A stretch of 64,000 nt of DNA from a virus (IMGVR_UViG_3300034157_000065:1-64000); one strand, 5' to 3'. Shown: positions 9,443 to 19,513, counted from the stretch's first letter. A program made the numbers and translations. Notes: a model not told the origin generated them from the sequence alone.

Positions 9443-10546
9443 ATGGAGTTGTTTCTAATCGGCATTCCGTGTGCTTTCATCATTCCATTGATTTGTAAAT
9501 TTATTTTCCCACATGAAGTGACGGTGAAAGAGTATCTGCTTGTTTCTTTCATTAACGTTATTTGTGTGACTGTGTTTTATTTCCTTATCAACCTTCATGC
9601 AACATGGGATACGGAAATTTGGAGTGGTCAAGTGACCAATAAGCAGTCTGCACGAGTTTCTTGTGAACACTCTTATTCGTGCAACTGCCGTCAACAGCGT
9701 TCAGGCAGTGACAGTAAGGGCAATGCTACTTATACCACTGTGTGTGATACCTGTTATGACCATAGCTATGATGTTGATTGGCAAGTGGACAGTAACGTAG
9801 GTCGTGAGCTTATTCGTCGTGTTGACCGTCAAGGTGTAAAAGAACCGCCACGTTTCAGTAAAGTTGAAGTGGGTGAACCCTTTGCAACAACCCGTAATTT
9901 TACTAACTACATTAAGGCTGCACCTGATACACTGTTTGTTGAAGCGGCATCCATGAAAGAGAAATATGTGGGCAAGCTTCCAGAGTATCCAGATATTTAT
10001 GACTACTACCGTATCAATCGTGTTATTACTTTGGGTAAGGTTGGTGTACCAGCTAATGATTTAAATATTATGTTGAATGAACAAATGCGTAAATGGGGGC
10101 CACAGAAACAAGGTAACGTAATTTCTGTCTTTGTCGATGACACTTATCAAGAAGACTTCTACCATGCTCTGCAGTCTCACTGGTTGGGTGGTAAAAAGAA
10201 CGATATTATTGTAATTACTCAGGTCGATAGCACTGGTAAAATCGGTTGGAACCGTGTATTCTCTCGGGCAGATACGGCAACCTTTGATAAGTCAGTCGAA
10301 TTTGACTTGACCGCCATGAAACAGTTTGACAATGCTAAATATGTAGAAATTTTGAATCAGAACATTGGTGAACGATTCCATCGGATGGATTTTGAACAGT
10401 TTAAATACTTGTTGGAAGAGCTAAAACCCTCGACAACCGCATTGATTGTTGGTATAGTCTTCGCTCTTATCATCAACTTGGGTTTGAACTTCTTGATTGT
10501 CAAAGAAGACTTGTTCGGTGATGGTTTCCGTAGACGTTTTCGCTAA
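9443..10546 (+). CDS. Membrane protein with a Cys-rich extracytoplasmic segment and a TPM-like domain; partner of the LemA-like gene
   Basis: Two N-terminal and one C-terminal TM; CEHSYSCNC...CDTCYDH; WLGGKKND motif seen in phage/plasmid gene pairs. Confidence 0.7.
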   Translation: MELFLIGIPCAFIIPLICKFIFPHEVTVKEYLLVSFINVICVTVFYFLINLHATWDTEIWSGQVTNKQSARVSCEHSYSCNCRQQRSGSDSKGNATYTTVCDTCYDHSYDVDWQVDSNVGRELIRRVDRQGVKEPPRFSKVEVGEPFATTRNFTNYIKAAPDTLFVEAASMKEKYVGKLPEYPDIYDYYRINRVITLGKVGVPANDLNIMLNEQMRKWGPQKQGNVISVFVDDTYQEDFYHALQSHWLGGKKNDIIVITQVDSTGKIGWNRVFSRADTATFDKSVEFDLTAMKQFDNAKYVEILNQNIGERFHRMDFEQFKYLLEELKPSTTALIVGIVFALIINLGLNFLIVKEDLFGDGFRRRFR

Positions 10547-10608
10547 TAAAAGCCCTTCGGGGCTTGTTTTAAAAGATGTAAGAATCTTCAAAAAATGTAA
10601 AAAAACAA

Positions 10609-10637
10609 TTGCTACACAACGATTTACTTGCTATACT
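10609..10637 (+). promoter_or_regulatory. sigma70 promoter
   Basis: TTGCTA-17 nt-TATACT with extended TG. Confidence 0.75.
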
Positions 10638-10678
10638 TATCACCTAACTTAAACAACTCTTAAAGGAGAGTAGAAAGA

Positions 10679-11281
10679 ATGAATACAATGAATAAACAAC
10701 GCGGAAGTGCAGTAGCTTGGGTTCTTGGTGGTCTTTTTCTGTTTATTTTCGTAGCTAGCCTTATCAGTGTAGGTTTGGCTATTTCAAAGCGAAATGGTTT
10801 TGTTAAAATTGAAAACAACATTGTGATTGGGTATGAAGAATCCAAGAACGTTCACTCTAACTACGTGCTTCGCATTCAGGAAATGGCTCAGGTGCCTAAG
10901 ATGGCTACCAAGCAACTGAGTGAAATCATTAAAGCAAGTAACGAAGGTCGTTATGGCCCTGATGGTTCGAAAGCCGTGTTCCAGTTCTTGAAAGAACAGA
11001 ATCCGAATATTGACAATAGCCTTTACACTAACATTCAAAAAGAAGTAGCGGGTGGACGACTTGACTTCCAATCCAAGATTACCCGAGTGAACGATAACAA
11101 GAAAGTGGCTTACAACATGCTTGATGATACGATTGGTGGTTTTATCCTGAAAGACATTTGGGGTCTGCCACGCAAGAATATCGGTTACGAAGGTGGTAAA
11201 GACGATTACCCAGTGATTATGTCTGAAACGTCTGTCGAAACATTCAAAACAGGTGTAGATAAAGGTGTTAACATGCTCTAA
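10679..11281 (+). CDS. LemA-like membrane-anchored helical protein
   Basis: N-terminal TM; IQEMAQVP, GRYGPDGSKAVFQFLKEQNP motifs typical of the phage LemA-like family. Confidence 0.65.
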   Translation: MNTMNKQRGSAVAWVLGGLFLFIFVASLISVGLAISKRNGFVKIENNIVIGYEESKNVHSNYVLRIQEMAQVPKMATKQLSEIIKASNEGRYGPDGSKAVFQFLKEQNPNIDNSLYTNIQKEVAGGRLDFQSKITRVNDNKKVAYNMLDDTIGGFILKDIWGLPRKNIGYEGGKDDYPVIMSETSVETFKTGVDKGVNML

Positions 11282-11295
11282 CGAGTATGATAAGA

Positions 11296-11321
11296 AAAGG
11301 GAGCCGAAAGGCTCCTTTTTT
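11296..11321 (+). terminator. Intrinsic terminator
   Basis: GGGAGCC-GAAA-GGCTCCT followed by T-tract. Confidence 0.85.
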
Positions 11322-11368
11322 GTTGCTTGAGATAATCTATTTATGGTATAATTGTGTCAGGTTTATAA

Positions 11369-11773
11369 ATGGAGACAAGCATGTCAGCACAAAAGTTTAG
11401 TAAAAACCCAGACTATAAAATGGATGAAATCTATTTTGTTGCCGATGAAATGGGATTGCAGCGTCAAGATATTTCTTATGAACGAACTAAGCACTGTCGC
11501 TCACCTTATTGGAAACACTTTGAATCAGGTCGCCAATTTCGTTATAACAAGTCAACGAACACCCTTGATGTGTCGTCTACTGATATGGATCGTTGGGCTA
11601 ATTCCACTGTATTGAGTGTTGATGTTCCTGAACGACTTGATCGCTTCCGTCAACTGCTGTTAGAATGCATTGTAATGACCCATAACACACCGATTTGGGA
11701 TGATGAAGACGAAGTTAAGCGTAAGCAACCACACACCCGTAAATGCCGTAATATTCGTCGTAAGACAGTCTAG
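11369..11773 (+). CDS. Hypothetical protein (probable start 11381)
   Basis: Promoter and GGAG RBS upstream. Confidence 0.7.
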   Translation: METSMSAQKFSKNPDYKMDEIYFVADEMGLQRQDISYERTKHCRSPYWKHFESGRQFRYNKSTNTLDVSSTDMDRWANSTVLSVDVPERLDRFRQLLLECIVMTHNTPIWDDEDEVKRKQPHTRKCRNIRRKTV

Positions 11774-11782
11774 GAGAAACCT

Positions 11783-12037
11783 ATGAATCATAATCTCAAC
11801 ATTGTTCTTGTCATCTTCTTCTCTCTGGTGCTGGTTGGCATGATCAGTTGGCCGTTCGTTAAGCGTTGGTATTACAGTCGTTTGAAGACACCTTTTGAAA
11901 TCACATTGAAAGGTCGTACTTATTGGTTTCATTGTAATCCAGAGGATTCTATTGTTGATCAGATGGCTCGACAAGATAAATTATTTGATGAGTTTGAAGA
12001 GAGAAAAAAATCAACGAATATAAATCATTTGAAATAA
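11783..12037 (+). CDS. Small membrane-anchored protein
   Basis: N-terminal TM, AGGAG RBS. Confidence 0.7.
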   Translation: MNHNLNIVLVIFFSLVLVGMISWPFVKRWYYSRLKTPFEITLKGRTYWFHCNPEDSIVDQMARQDKLFDEFEERKKSTNINHLK

Positions 12038-12105
12038 ATATTATAAAAATATTGATTATTTTTGGATATTATGTTAGATTCTCCATGACTTAAGAGGATC
12101 TAACC

Positions 12106-12780
12106 ATGTCGAGTAACACATTAAAAGAAACATCCTTTGTTGAATCAGTTTTAATCACCTTCTTTTTTTCTTTTTTCGCCTATCTATTTGCTAGTCTTGG
12201 TCTTTACCTTGGGGCTGCTTTATATATGGAAAAAAGCACTACACTCAGCACTAATTTCTTGTGGAATGTTGGGTTAGTTAACGTCTTTGTAGCTTTTGTT
12301 ATTCTTATATTTATGCCTGTTAAAGTGAAATGGAGAGTCGTTGGACTTTTGGCATTCTTTGCCCTTATCACTTATTTTGATCTTTATAAGCAATCCACCA
12401 TCCGCTATTATCTTGGTTATGGGTCATACATGAATCCAGAACGCTATCCTGAAAATTCTAATCAACGTAAGCTTATTACTGATGTAGTCGCTAATAAGAA
12501 TCTTGATTTGTTTGGTGAGTATAATACAACCTATTTTACGAAAGCTGACATTGATAAGCTTGGTAATATGACCAACTTCTTTATGACCTATGGACAACGT
12601 AATGAGCAAATGAAAGCTTTTGAAGTTAAATTTAAAGAATTATTGAACGCTCCATTTCTGACAGCATGGGATTATTCAAAATTTGAAGATGAAGTGGTTG
12701 ACTACCTTATCAGTAACCCATCATCTTTACAACGATCTGAAACTGTTTCAATGGTACACACAATAAAGTTTGGAGTTTAA
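12106..12780 (+). CDS. 3-TM membrane protein, family B paralogue 1
   Basis: 3 TM then a soluble domain; FKELLNAPFLTAWDYSKF resembles repeats in 13652..14668. Confidence 0.75.
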   Translation: MSSNTLKETSFVESVLITFFFSFFAYLFASLGLYLGAALYMEKSTTLSTNFLWNVGLVNVFVAFVILIFMPVKVKWRVVGLLAFFALITYFDLYKQSTIRYYLGYGSYMNPERYPENSNQRKLITDVVANKNLDLFGEYNTTYFTKADIDKLGNMTNFFMTYGQRNEQMKAFEVKFKELLNAPFLTAWDYSKFEDEVVDYLISNPSSLQRSETVSMVHTIKFGV

Positions 12781-12783
12781 TCT

Positions 12784-13647
12784 ATGAATAATTTAAAATT
12801 TGGCATTATGCTTTTAGTTTCAATTCTGTTTTGCGTCTTAGGTGGATATGCTATTGTCACCACTTATTATCAGACGGCTATAGGTGATTATGGTTATACA
12901 TTTGGAGAAGGCGTTAATTATGTGTTATTAACAATGTTCTCATTGTTTGGTCTTTTCGCTTTCTCATATGCTTCGACATTTTTAAATCAACCTAAAAAAT
13001 CGCTTGTATGGCTTATGGCTCTTGCTGTTGTCTTTGTTCCTATTATTTATTTTGGTGTATCATCATTGAGTAAAGAGGACAGAGTGTATCAACAAGCACT
13101 CAATAATTATGGTTCTAACTTCAATTTTATTGGAGCGGCCACGTTTACAAAAATCCAGCAGCATCCCGATTATATTCAATATAAGTATCAACTTGATAAT
13201 TTTGAAAAAGATAAAGAAAGTCGATCTGCTTATGTTGCCTTACTTAATGAAAGAGTGTCAAAGTATAGGAAATACTTAGACTCACAGAACTTTGGAAAAT
13301 CTTTTTTTGCAAGGAGTTATTATGTCTTTGGTTCAGACTATAATACATTCTTGTTTCGTTATAAGGGTGTAGAAAATGAAGCCGTTCAGAAAGAATTGTA
13401 TGAGATTACAAAACATGGTGTAGTTTCCTATAATGATATGATGGATTTTCAAGTAAAATTCGTTGACAATTATAAGAAACCAATCCAGAAAGATAATAAT
13501 GTAATTGAACCAACTACTGGCACTGGCACTGGCACTGGCACTGGCACTGGCACTGGCACTGGCACTGGCACTGGCACTGGCACTGGCACTGATGTTTTAA
13601 CACCCACTATACCCGAAAACAACAAAAACATTAAAGAAGGAGAATAA
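12784..13647 (+). CDS. 3-TM membrane protein, family B paralogue 2, with (TG)n tail
   Basis: QHPD and KFVDN shared with the next gene; Thr-Gly repeat. Confidence 0.75.
   Translation: MNNLKFGIMLLVSILFCVLGGYAIVTTYYQTAIGDYGYTFGEGVNYVLLTMFSLFGLFAFSYASTFLNQPKKSLVWLMALAVVFVPIIYFGVSSLSKEDRVYQQALNNYGSNFNFIGAATFTKIQQHPDYIQYKYQLDNFEKDKESRSAYVALLNERVSKYRKYLDSQNFGKSFFARSYYVFGSDYNTFLFRYKGVENEAVQKELYEITKHGVVSYNDMMDFQVKFVDNYKKPIQKDNNVIEPTTGTGTGTGTGTGTGTGTGTGTGTGTDVLTPTIPENNKNIKEGE
13516..13590 (+). repeat. Perfect hexanucleotide microsatellite (ACTGGC)12 + ACT
   Basis: Read directly; encodes (TG)12T in frame. Confidence 0.95.
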
Positions 13648-13651
13648 TATT

Positions 13652-14668
13652 ATGACAACAACGACTACGAATGATTTAACAAGACCGGAAGAAAAATTAA
13701 CACGATCAGATTATGTAATTATGTCAATTGCTAGCGTTTTCGTGATATTTGCTATTTCTTTTCTTTTGAATGAGGTTATCACTTATCTTTTGGTTAATGC
13801 ATTTGGTTATAGTAATTTTGAAATTAGATTTTCTAACTACACAGAACTTTCCATTGTTCTTCTTGTGACGTTAGCATTCACTTCTTTAATTCTTGCCATC
13901 TTGCATAGATTGTTACTAACATACAGCATTATGACTCTGTTAATTTTAGCAATAACAACTACTATGTTTTTAGTACAAAAAAGTGGCATGACGACTGAAC
14001 AATATGCCTATCATACATCACTTAAACAATTTGAAAATCAATATTTGTTGTCAGGTGATAAGGGTTCAATTGCTTCCCAGCATCCAGATATGATTAATTT
14101 CTATGCTTATAAAGACAATAATCTTTTAAGTGAATCAACAAGACGTGATTATTTCAATATGTTATCGGCAACATCGACTAAGTTAAATGATATTTCTAAA
14201 TATACGACTGTTTACAATTTAGGTTTTTTTGCTGACTATTTCTTAAGTAAACAGGACAGTGATAAGTTTTTCATGGCTTATTCTGATGTTAAAGATCCTG
14301 AGTTACGGAATGAACTTGAATCTATGATGAAAAATCCACTTATTAAAACTTTAGACTATGCTGCATTTCATGCTAATTATAGAAAAAAGTTTGTTGAAAA
14401 CAATGCTTCGCTCGTAGATGTTAAATTACCTGTATATGTAACAACAGAGACTAAACGTGTGAAAATGACTGACCTACAAAACATATCCAGTATTATTCAT
14501 TTTTTTGATAACAATAAAGAAATTGCATTAACGCCAATAAAAACAGAATTTGTGAACTTGCTTTCTCAACCTTCTATTTCTATTGTTGACGTTGATCAAT
14601 TTAGACACAATTTGACGAGTGTGCTTAAATCAGATACCAAGCTCTATTCGTTAATGTCTCAATTATGA
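13652..14668 (+). CDS. 3-TM membrane protein, family B paralogue 3
   Basis: QHPD, KFVEN; ends DTKLYSLMSQL (borderline tag match). Confidence 0.75.
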   Translation: MTTTTTNDLTRPEEKLTRSDYVIMSIASVFVIFAISFLLNEVITYLLVNAFGYSNFEIRFSNYTELSIVLLVTLAFTSLILAILHRLLLTYSIMTLLILAITTTMFLVQKSGMTTEQYAYHTSLKQFENQYLLSGDKGSIASQHPDMINFYAYKDNNLLSESTRRDYFNMLSATSTKLNDISKYTTVYNLGFFADYFLSKQDSDKFFMAYSDVKDPELRNELESMMKNPLIKTLDYAAFHANYRKKFVENNASLVDVKLPVYVTTETKRVKMTDLQNISSIIHFFDNNKEIALTPIKTEFVNLLSQPSISIVDVDQFRHNLTSVLKSDTKLYSLMSQL

Positions 14669-14785
14669 TTAAATGAAATATCCACAGTATAAAAACGCCT
14701 TTGATTAGGCGTTTTTTTATAAATTGATTGTAATTTTTTGCTATTGTGGTATAATAACTCAAATCAAAAAGATGAGATTATCACT

Positions 14786-15634
14786 ATGAATAACACCTAT
14801 AAAGTCTGCATTAAACTGAACTACTCCCAAGAGTCTGTGACTAAACAAGCTGAGATCACTAAGCTGATTGCTTTTATTCATTCCGTTATGAGCAAAGCTG
14901 GTTGGCGGGAATCGACTGAAACTGAGCCTACCATTGATTACGTGTTTTCGATTGGTGGTGACGGCACAATGCTTCACACCATGCAAGATCACGTTGTGAC
15001 TAAATCCATTGTGGTGGGCATTAACGCCGGTAATGTAGGCTTCTTGACCCCATACAACATCGAAAATGTGTATGACATGTCTATCTTCAAGTTTCTCGAA
15101 GAAAGCTTCAATCCGCGTGTAGAACACCGTAGCATTCTCAAACACAGCTTTAATTCTCGTCCAGAAGTGGGTATGGCTGTCAACGAATACACATTCACAT
15201 CTGATCAGGTTAACCAAGTTCTCGACTTCTCTATTGAAGTTGATTATAAAGGTCAAGTCAGTAAGGCTGGTCACTATAAAGCAAACGCTTTGCTGATTTC
15301 TGGCCCTTGCGGTTCGACCGCTTACAACATGAACTCTGGCGGGGCGATTGTTGACCCGACTGTTCGCTGTATGCAAATCATGATGGTTGCTCCAACTATC
15401 TTGGGTATCCGCCCTTTGATTATTGGTCGTAACTCAATCATCCGTTTGAAGTTCTACAATAACGCCAAAGTCTTTATTGATGGTCAGCCACATACTGACA
15501 TCCCAATCACCGAAGATGAAACATTCAGTATTGAGCTTCTTCCAGAAGAATCCCGTGTGTTGTTGCCAGATGACTTCAACTTTTACAGTATGCTGAGCAC
15601 CAAGCTTCACTGGAATAATGGTCGTGGGGTGTGA
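14786..15634 (+). CDS. nadK: NAD(+) kinase
   Basis: GGDGT, GINAGNVGFL, NE, GSTAYNMNSGG motifs of the NAD kinase family. Confidence 0.92.
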   Translation: MNNTYKVCIKLNYSQESVTKQAEITKLIAFIHSVMSKAGWRESTETEPTIDYVFSIGGDGTMLHTMQDHVVTKSIVVGINAGNVGFLTPYNIENVYDMSIFKFLEESFNPRVEHRSILKHSFNSRPEVGMAVNEYTFTSDQVNQVLDFSIEVDYKGQVSKAGHYKANALLISGPCGSTAYNMNSGGAIVDPTVRCMQIMMVAPTILGIRPLIIGRNSIIRLKFYNNAKVFIDGQPHTDIPITEDETFSIELLPEESRVLLPDDFNFYSMLSTKLHWNNGRGV

Positions 15635-15864
15635 GCGACTATGACGAAGCTAAGGCGGCAGGTCTAACTGATATTGATCGTTGGACTGATGGTGTTGAAC
15701 ATCATCCCATGTCTGAACGGTTGATGGCCTTTTTAGAAAAACATGATTTTAAAGATTATGGCGACTATTTTGGTTGGAAAGTCGGTGGTGATGGCGATAA
15801 TGGCGAAACATTGATGTATCAAATGGACGCCTTCTTTGAACTGCAGGATAAACAAAAACCCTAA
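15631..15864 (+). CDS. Small conserved-looking hypothetical protein
   Basis: GTGA overlap with nadK stop; WKVGGDGDNGE motif. Confidence 0.7.
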   Translation: MSDYDEAKAAGLTDIDRWTDGVEHHPMSERLMAFLEKHDFKDYGDYFGWKVGGDGDNGETLMYQMDAFFELQDKQKP

Positions 15865-15877
15865 GAGGATATTTACA

Positions 15878-16363
15878 ATGAATATTCATTGCACTTCAAG
15901 AGACATCATACTTGCAAGCATGGTTAATGTCATCAATTATTTTCCATGTAATAATGTCAACTTACATGACAAAATTCAAGACTTAAAAACAATGGATAAA
16001 AACAATGTTTTTGATTTAAAGCCTAACTTTACTAATGACAAGGATGACGTAGCTGTCTTTGAGCTTATCATTGTCGGTCTTGAAACTGGTTTAGACATTG
16101 AAAAGTATTTCCCACTCCGTTCCAATGATAATAATACAAACATTCATTTTTGTTCAGTCTTTTTTACTCAAGACATACAGATTGATCGTATTGTTTTCAC
16201 GATTATATCCATCAGTCGAGATGTTACTTTTGAAGTTGAATTTGATAAACACTTTCAATTTAAAAGTTACGACATGCACTACCTTTCACCAGAAAAGATG
16301 TGGGGCAGTTCAGATGATTCCATCGCAAAGCTTATTGATGAGATGTCTCATCTAACCTGTTAA
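15878..16363 (+). CDS. Hypothetical protein
   Basis: GAGG RBS; terminator follows at ~16373-16401. Confidence 0.7.
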   Translation: MNIHCTSRDIILASMVNVINYFPCNNVNLHDKIQDLKTMDKNNVFDLKPNFTNDKDDVAVFELIIVGLETGLDIEKYFPLRSNDNNTNIHFCSVFFTQDIQIDRIVFTIISISRDVTFEVEFDKHFQFKSYDMHYLSPEKMWGSSDDSIAKLIDEMSHLTC

Positions 16364-16415
16364 TGAACAGACAAAAAAGGTGACTATCAAAGTCACCTTT
16401 TCTTTTGCCTAAATT

Positions 16416-16859
16416 TTAAGATATTTTTAATCCATAAAATCTATAACCAGTAAATCCCACAGGAATATTATTTTTGTCCAGTGTAAAAGCCGCAGCATTA
16501 AAGCAATCCCGAAACATTGTAAATTCAGTGGCTTCTGGATCGTGGTTGGCTTTAAATGCTTTTACCAAACCAGACTTACTTGATTTAATAACCAGTGGAA
16601 TACCATAGCCATTATTGTTGGGATGATAGTCAAAGGCCGCGTAGAGATAACCTTGCTTGATTATCTTTTTCAAATCTTTGTCATCCACATGGATATTAAT
16701 ACATTGACCTTCTTTGAACGAAGCCTCTACTGAGAGATTTGTCATTCTTTTTGCGACATGATCTTCTAGCTCAGTAATAGCATCTATTTCATTGAAATAA
16801 ATATTAGTTATAGATGGAAGACCATTATGTTGTTGCATCATTAAAGTCAGTTGGCCCAT
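16416..16859 (-). CDS. Hypothetical protein
   Basis: AGGAG RBS; third gene of a minus-strand operon. Confidence 0.7.
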   Translation of the reverse strand: MGQLTLMMQQHNGLPSITNIYFNEIDAITELEDHVAKRMTNLSVEASFKEGQCINIHVDDKDLKKIIKQGYLYAAFDYHPNNNGYGIPLVIKSSKSGLVKAFKANHDPEATEFTMFRDCFNAAAFTLDKNNIPVGFTGYRFYGLKIS

Positions 16860-16875
16860 ATTATTTGTCTCCTAA

Positions 16876-17613
16876 TTAAATAACAAGCATTTCAATCACT
16901 TTTAGAGCATCTTTTGTCTTTCTAGGTATATTGTATTCTGCTTTTAAATACAACTCATAGAAGCAATGTTCAAAGGCATCAAAATAAGCTTTTGTTAATG
17001 TGACATTCTTACTGGTTTCTGATGTGTAAGTTCCGTAACGACCTTTTAAAGTTTTCTTTATTTTTTTATAATAATCCAAGGTAATCTTATTTTCAATGAC
17101 ATCATTTAATGCCAAAGTTAATTTTACGTTTCTTTCGTTGAAATGAAAAATAACCACATACTCAGCTTTACCTGTATGTAGATTGATTGTAATGCCATGT
17201 TGTCTTAGCAGTAGGTCGCTGATCAGTTCGCTAGCCGTGCTGTAAGACTTACGAGTATCGACTATGAATAAGTCTTTTAACGCATACCTGTTGACCACAT
17301 CAATAAAGTCTTTCGTCATAGCAATCATGGATTCATTGCTTAATAAATGGGCTGATATGCTTGGTGTCATCTTGTGGACTGATAATATTTTTTTTTCATC
17401 CTTATAGGTCACTTTAAGGATGTCATCATATTTTGTCATGATGCTGAAAGTGATGGAAATGGTTGTCATTCCTCGCATATTTTTGTCAATTGTATAATGT
17501 TGAAAACTTAAACTAGAATCAAATAAATTCCTTAATTGATCGTAGATTAATGAAATTTGCTCATGAGCTTCCATATAAACAAATCTTGATGGTAATGGAT
17601 TTCTATTGGTCAT
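16876..17613 (-). CDS. Hypothetical protein (M-x-x-I tag)
   Basis: Ends DALKVIEMLVI. Confidence 0.75.
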   Translation of the reverse strand: MTNRNPLPSRFVYMEAHEQISLIYDQLRNLFDSSLSFQHYTIDKNMRGMTTISITFSIMTKYDDILKVTYKDEKKILSVHKMTPSISAHLLSNESMIAMTKDFIDVVNRYALKDLFIVDTRKSYSTASELISDLLLRQHGITINLHTGKAEYVVIFHFNERNVKLTLALNDVIENKITLDYYKKIKKTLKGRYGTYTSETSKNVTLTKAYFDAFEHCFYELYLKAEYNIPRKTKDALKVIEMLVI

Positions 17614-17622
17614 TTTAGATCC

Positions 17623-18252
17623 TTAATATTTCAACATTTCGAGTGTTTTCAAACTGTCATTATCAAAGTCTTTGATTGATACCATTGATTCTTGGGTGTA
17701 TCTTTTGACATCTTCAACAGAAATATTAGTGCCTTTCACCCCTTTGTTATCAAATTTGATACCATTGTTGATGTAGGTATACAGTTCATCTCTGAATTTC
17801 ATCTTCCGTTCTTTTGCCGATTTAAATGGATTAAGTTGACCGAAATCTTGAATAAAAATAGTTAAATCTGGCTTAGCATCATAGTCCTGACTAAATTTAC
17901 CATCTTTTAAAATTTCATTCAGAAATTTTGAATCAATTGCAAATAAAGCAATTAGAGTAACAGACATAATTACGCTTGATGTAGTGCCGAAGTCATACTT
18001 TGCTTGGCCGAACCCAACACAGAGACATAATACTGTTAGAATGATCTTATTCTCAATACCTCTTAGGATGATAGCTTTTGATATTAAGACATTAATGTAA
18101 GCATACAGATTGCCTAATGTAATCGCTACACCAATCAATGCAGTGTATTTATTTTCAGCATAGTGGTAATACCCATAGGTCGCAAACAAACCTAGCAGTA
18201 CCAGTAGCAAGTAAGGTTGGAAAATAAAGGCCATTTTCATTTTAAAATCCAT
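17623..18252 (-). CDS. 4-TM membrane protein (M-x-x-Y tag); paralogue of 1..612
   Basis: Hydrophobic N-half; ends DSLKTLEMLKY. Confidence 0.75.
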   Translation of the reverse strand: MDFKMKMAFIFQPYLLLVLLGLFATYGYYHYAENKYTALIGVAITLGNLYAYINVLISKAIILRGIENKIILTVLCLCVGFGQAKYDFGTTSSVIMSVTLIALFAIDSKFLNEILKDGKFSQDYDAKPDLTIFIQDFGQLNPFKSAKERKMKFRDELYTYINNGIKFDNKGVKGTNISVEDVKRYTQESMVSIKDFDNDSLKTLEMLKY

Positions 18253-18373
18253 TCTTCAATCCTCTTATAGACTGTCATTATAATACCATTATCCCTATAT
18301 TTAAGCAACAAAAAAGCTTGATTTACTGTCAGTTTTTTGTTATTATTTACCAAATTATTTAGAGATTGCTATC

Positions 18374-19066
18374 ATGAGCACTATAAAAACATCCAAGAAA
18401 AAATATCCCAAGACCTACCATGTGCCTTGGAGCTTGGCTATTCAGTCAGATGACAAAATGTTTAAATCCATGAGCCACTTCCATGGAAAATTCATTGTGG
18501 TCACTGAAAAGTTGGATGGTGAGAACACTACATTGTCTTCTACTTACTATCATGCTCGTAGTCTTGATAGTCAATTCAACTGGACACGCTCTTGGGTAGC
18601 GACTATGCACGCCGTGCTCAAATACGATATTCCAGAAGGTATGAAGCTGGTGGGTGAGAACTTGTTCGCTAAGCACGCTATTGAATATCCAGATTACTCA
18701 CTGGAAGGGTATTTTTACCTGTTTTCAATGTGGGAAGATATCGTAGGCAGTGAAGAAGATTACTGCTTGGATTATGAAGACATTGTGAGCTATGCTAACT
18801 TGTTCGACTTGCCAATGCCAAAAGTACTTTATCGTGGTATCTATGATGAAGTAGCTTTGAAGAAGATTGCGAACGAATTGGACACGACACGTTCCGAAGG
18901 TTACGTTATTCGGACAGAAGAAGGCTTCATGCGTAGTGAGTTCACTAAATGTGTGGCTAAATTTGTTCGTGCCAATCATGTTCAAGACACTTCCGAACAT
19001 TGGTTGAAGAAGGCTGTTCAAAATGGTAAACTACAACCAAATGTTCGTCCAAGCTATATGGGGTAA
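18374..19066 (+). CDS. RNA ligase family (ATP-dependent nucleotidyltransferase)
   Basis: Motif I TEKLDGEN, GENLF, FYLF, EGYVIR, AKFVR; promoter TTGATT(18318)-17 nt-TATTAT. Confidence 0.85.
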   Translation: MSTIKTSKKKYPKTYHVPWSLAIQSDDKMFKSMSHFHGKFIVVTEKLDGENTTLSSTYYHARSLDSQFNWTRSWVATMHAVLKYDIPEGMKLVGENLFAKHAIEYPDYSLEGYFYLFSMWEDIVGSEEDYCLDYEDIVSYANLFDLPMPKVLYRGIYDEVALKKIANELDTTRSEGYVIRTEEGFMRSEFTKCVAKFVRANHVQDTSEHWLKKAVQNGKLQPNVRPSYMG

Positions 19067-19071
19067 TTAAA

Positions 19072-19494
19072 ATGACTTCTATTGAAACCTATCTGAATAG
19101 TGTTAAAGCTTCTTTTGATGATTTTCGGTTTGTGAGCGGTGATTGTCATAATTTGGCAGTTGCCCTTCATAAACAATTCAAAGGTGAGCTTTGTGCTATT
19201 ATCAGAGAAGAATTTGATGAAAGTGATGAACTTTACTCCACGACTTACTCGCACATGCTGTTTATTGATGAAAATGGCATTGAATGGGATATCGATGGTA
19301 GTGGTGCGGATGAACGCTGGATTGAACAATGGCCGGAGGATGGTGATGAAGACGGGCATACATCTGAGTTCAATTATGTGTCGTTGACACTTGATGACTT
19401 GCCTGAATTTTTAGCCGAAAATGATTGTGAAATAGACGAAACGCTAGTAAATGAATTGTTAAATGTCTCTGAACCTGTTATAATGAACTTGTAA
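19072..19494 (+). CDS. Acidic protein with a possible Cys-His-Asp (papain/transglutaminase-like) triad
   Basis: GDCHNLAVAL...YSHML...WDIDG. Confidence 0.5.
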   Translation: MTSIETYLNSVKASFDDFRFVSGDCHNLAVALHKQFKGELCAIIREEFDESDELYSTTYSHMLFIDENGIEWDIDGSGADERWIEQWPEDGDEDGHTSEFNYVSLTLDDLPEFLAENDCEIDETLVNELLNVSEPVIMNL

Positions 19495-19513
19495 ACACAT
19501 TCTAGGAGTATCT

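Noticed and set aside
14759-15376. 205-aa antisense ORF and similar shadow ORFs (e.g. 2267..2650, 21569..22132, 24193..24762, 26480..26965, 58970..59572, 43157..43417)
   Set aside because: They overlap better-supported genes on the opposite strand, lack an RBS or promoter, and are expected from the codon bias of the real genes.
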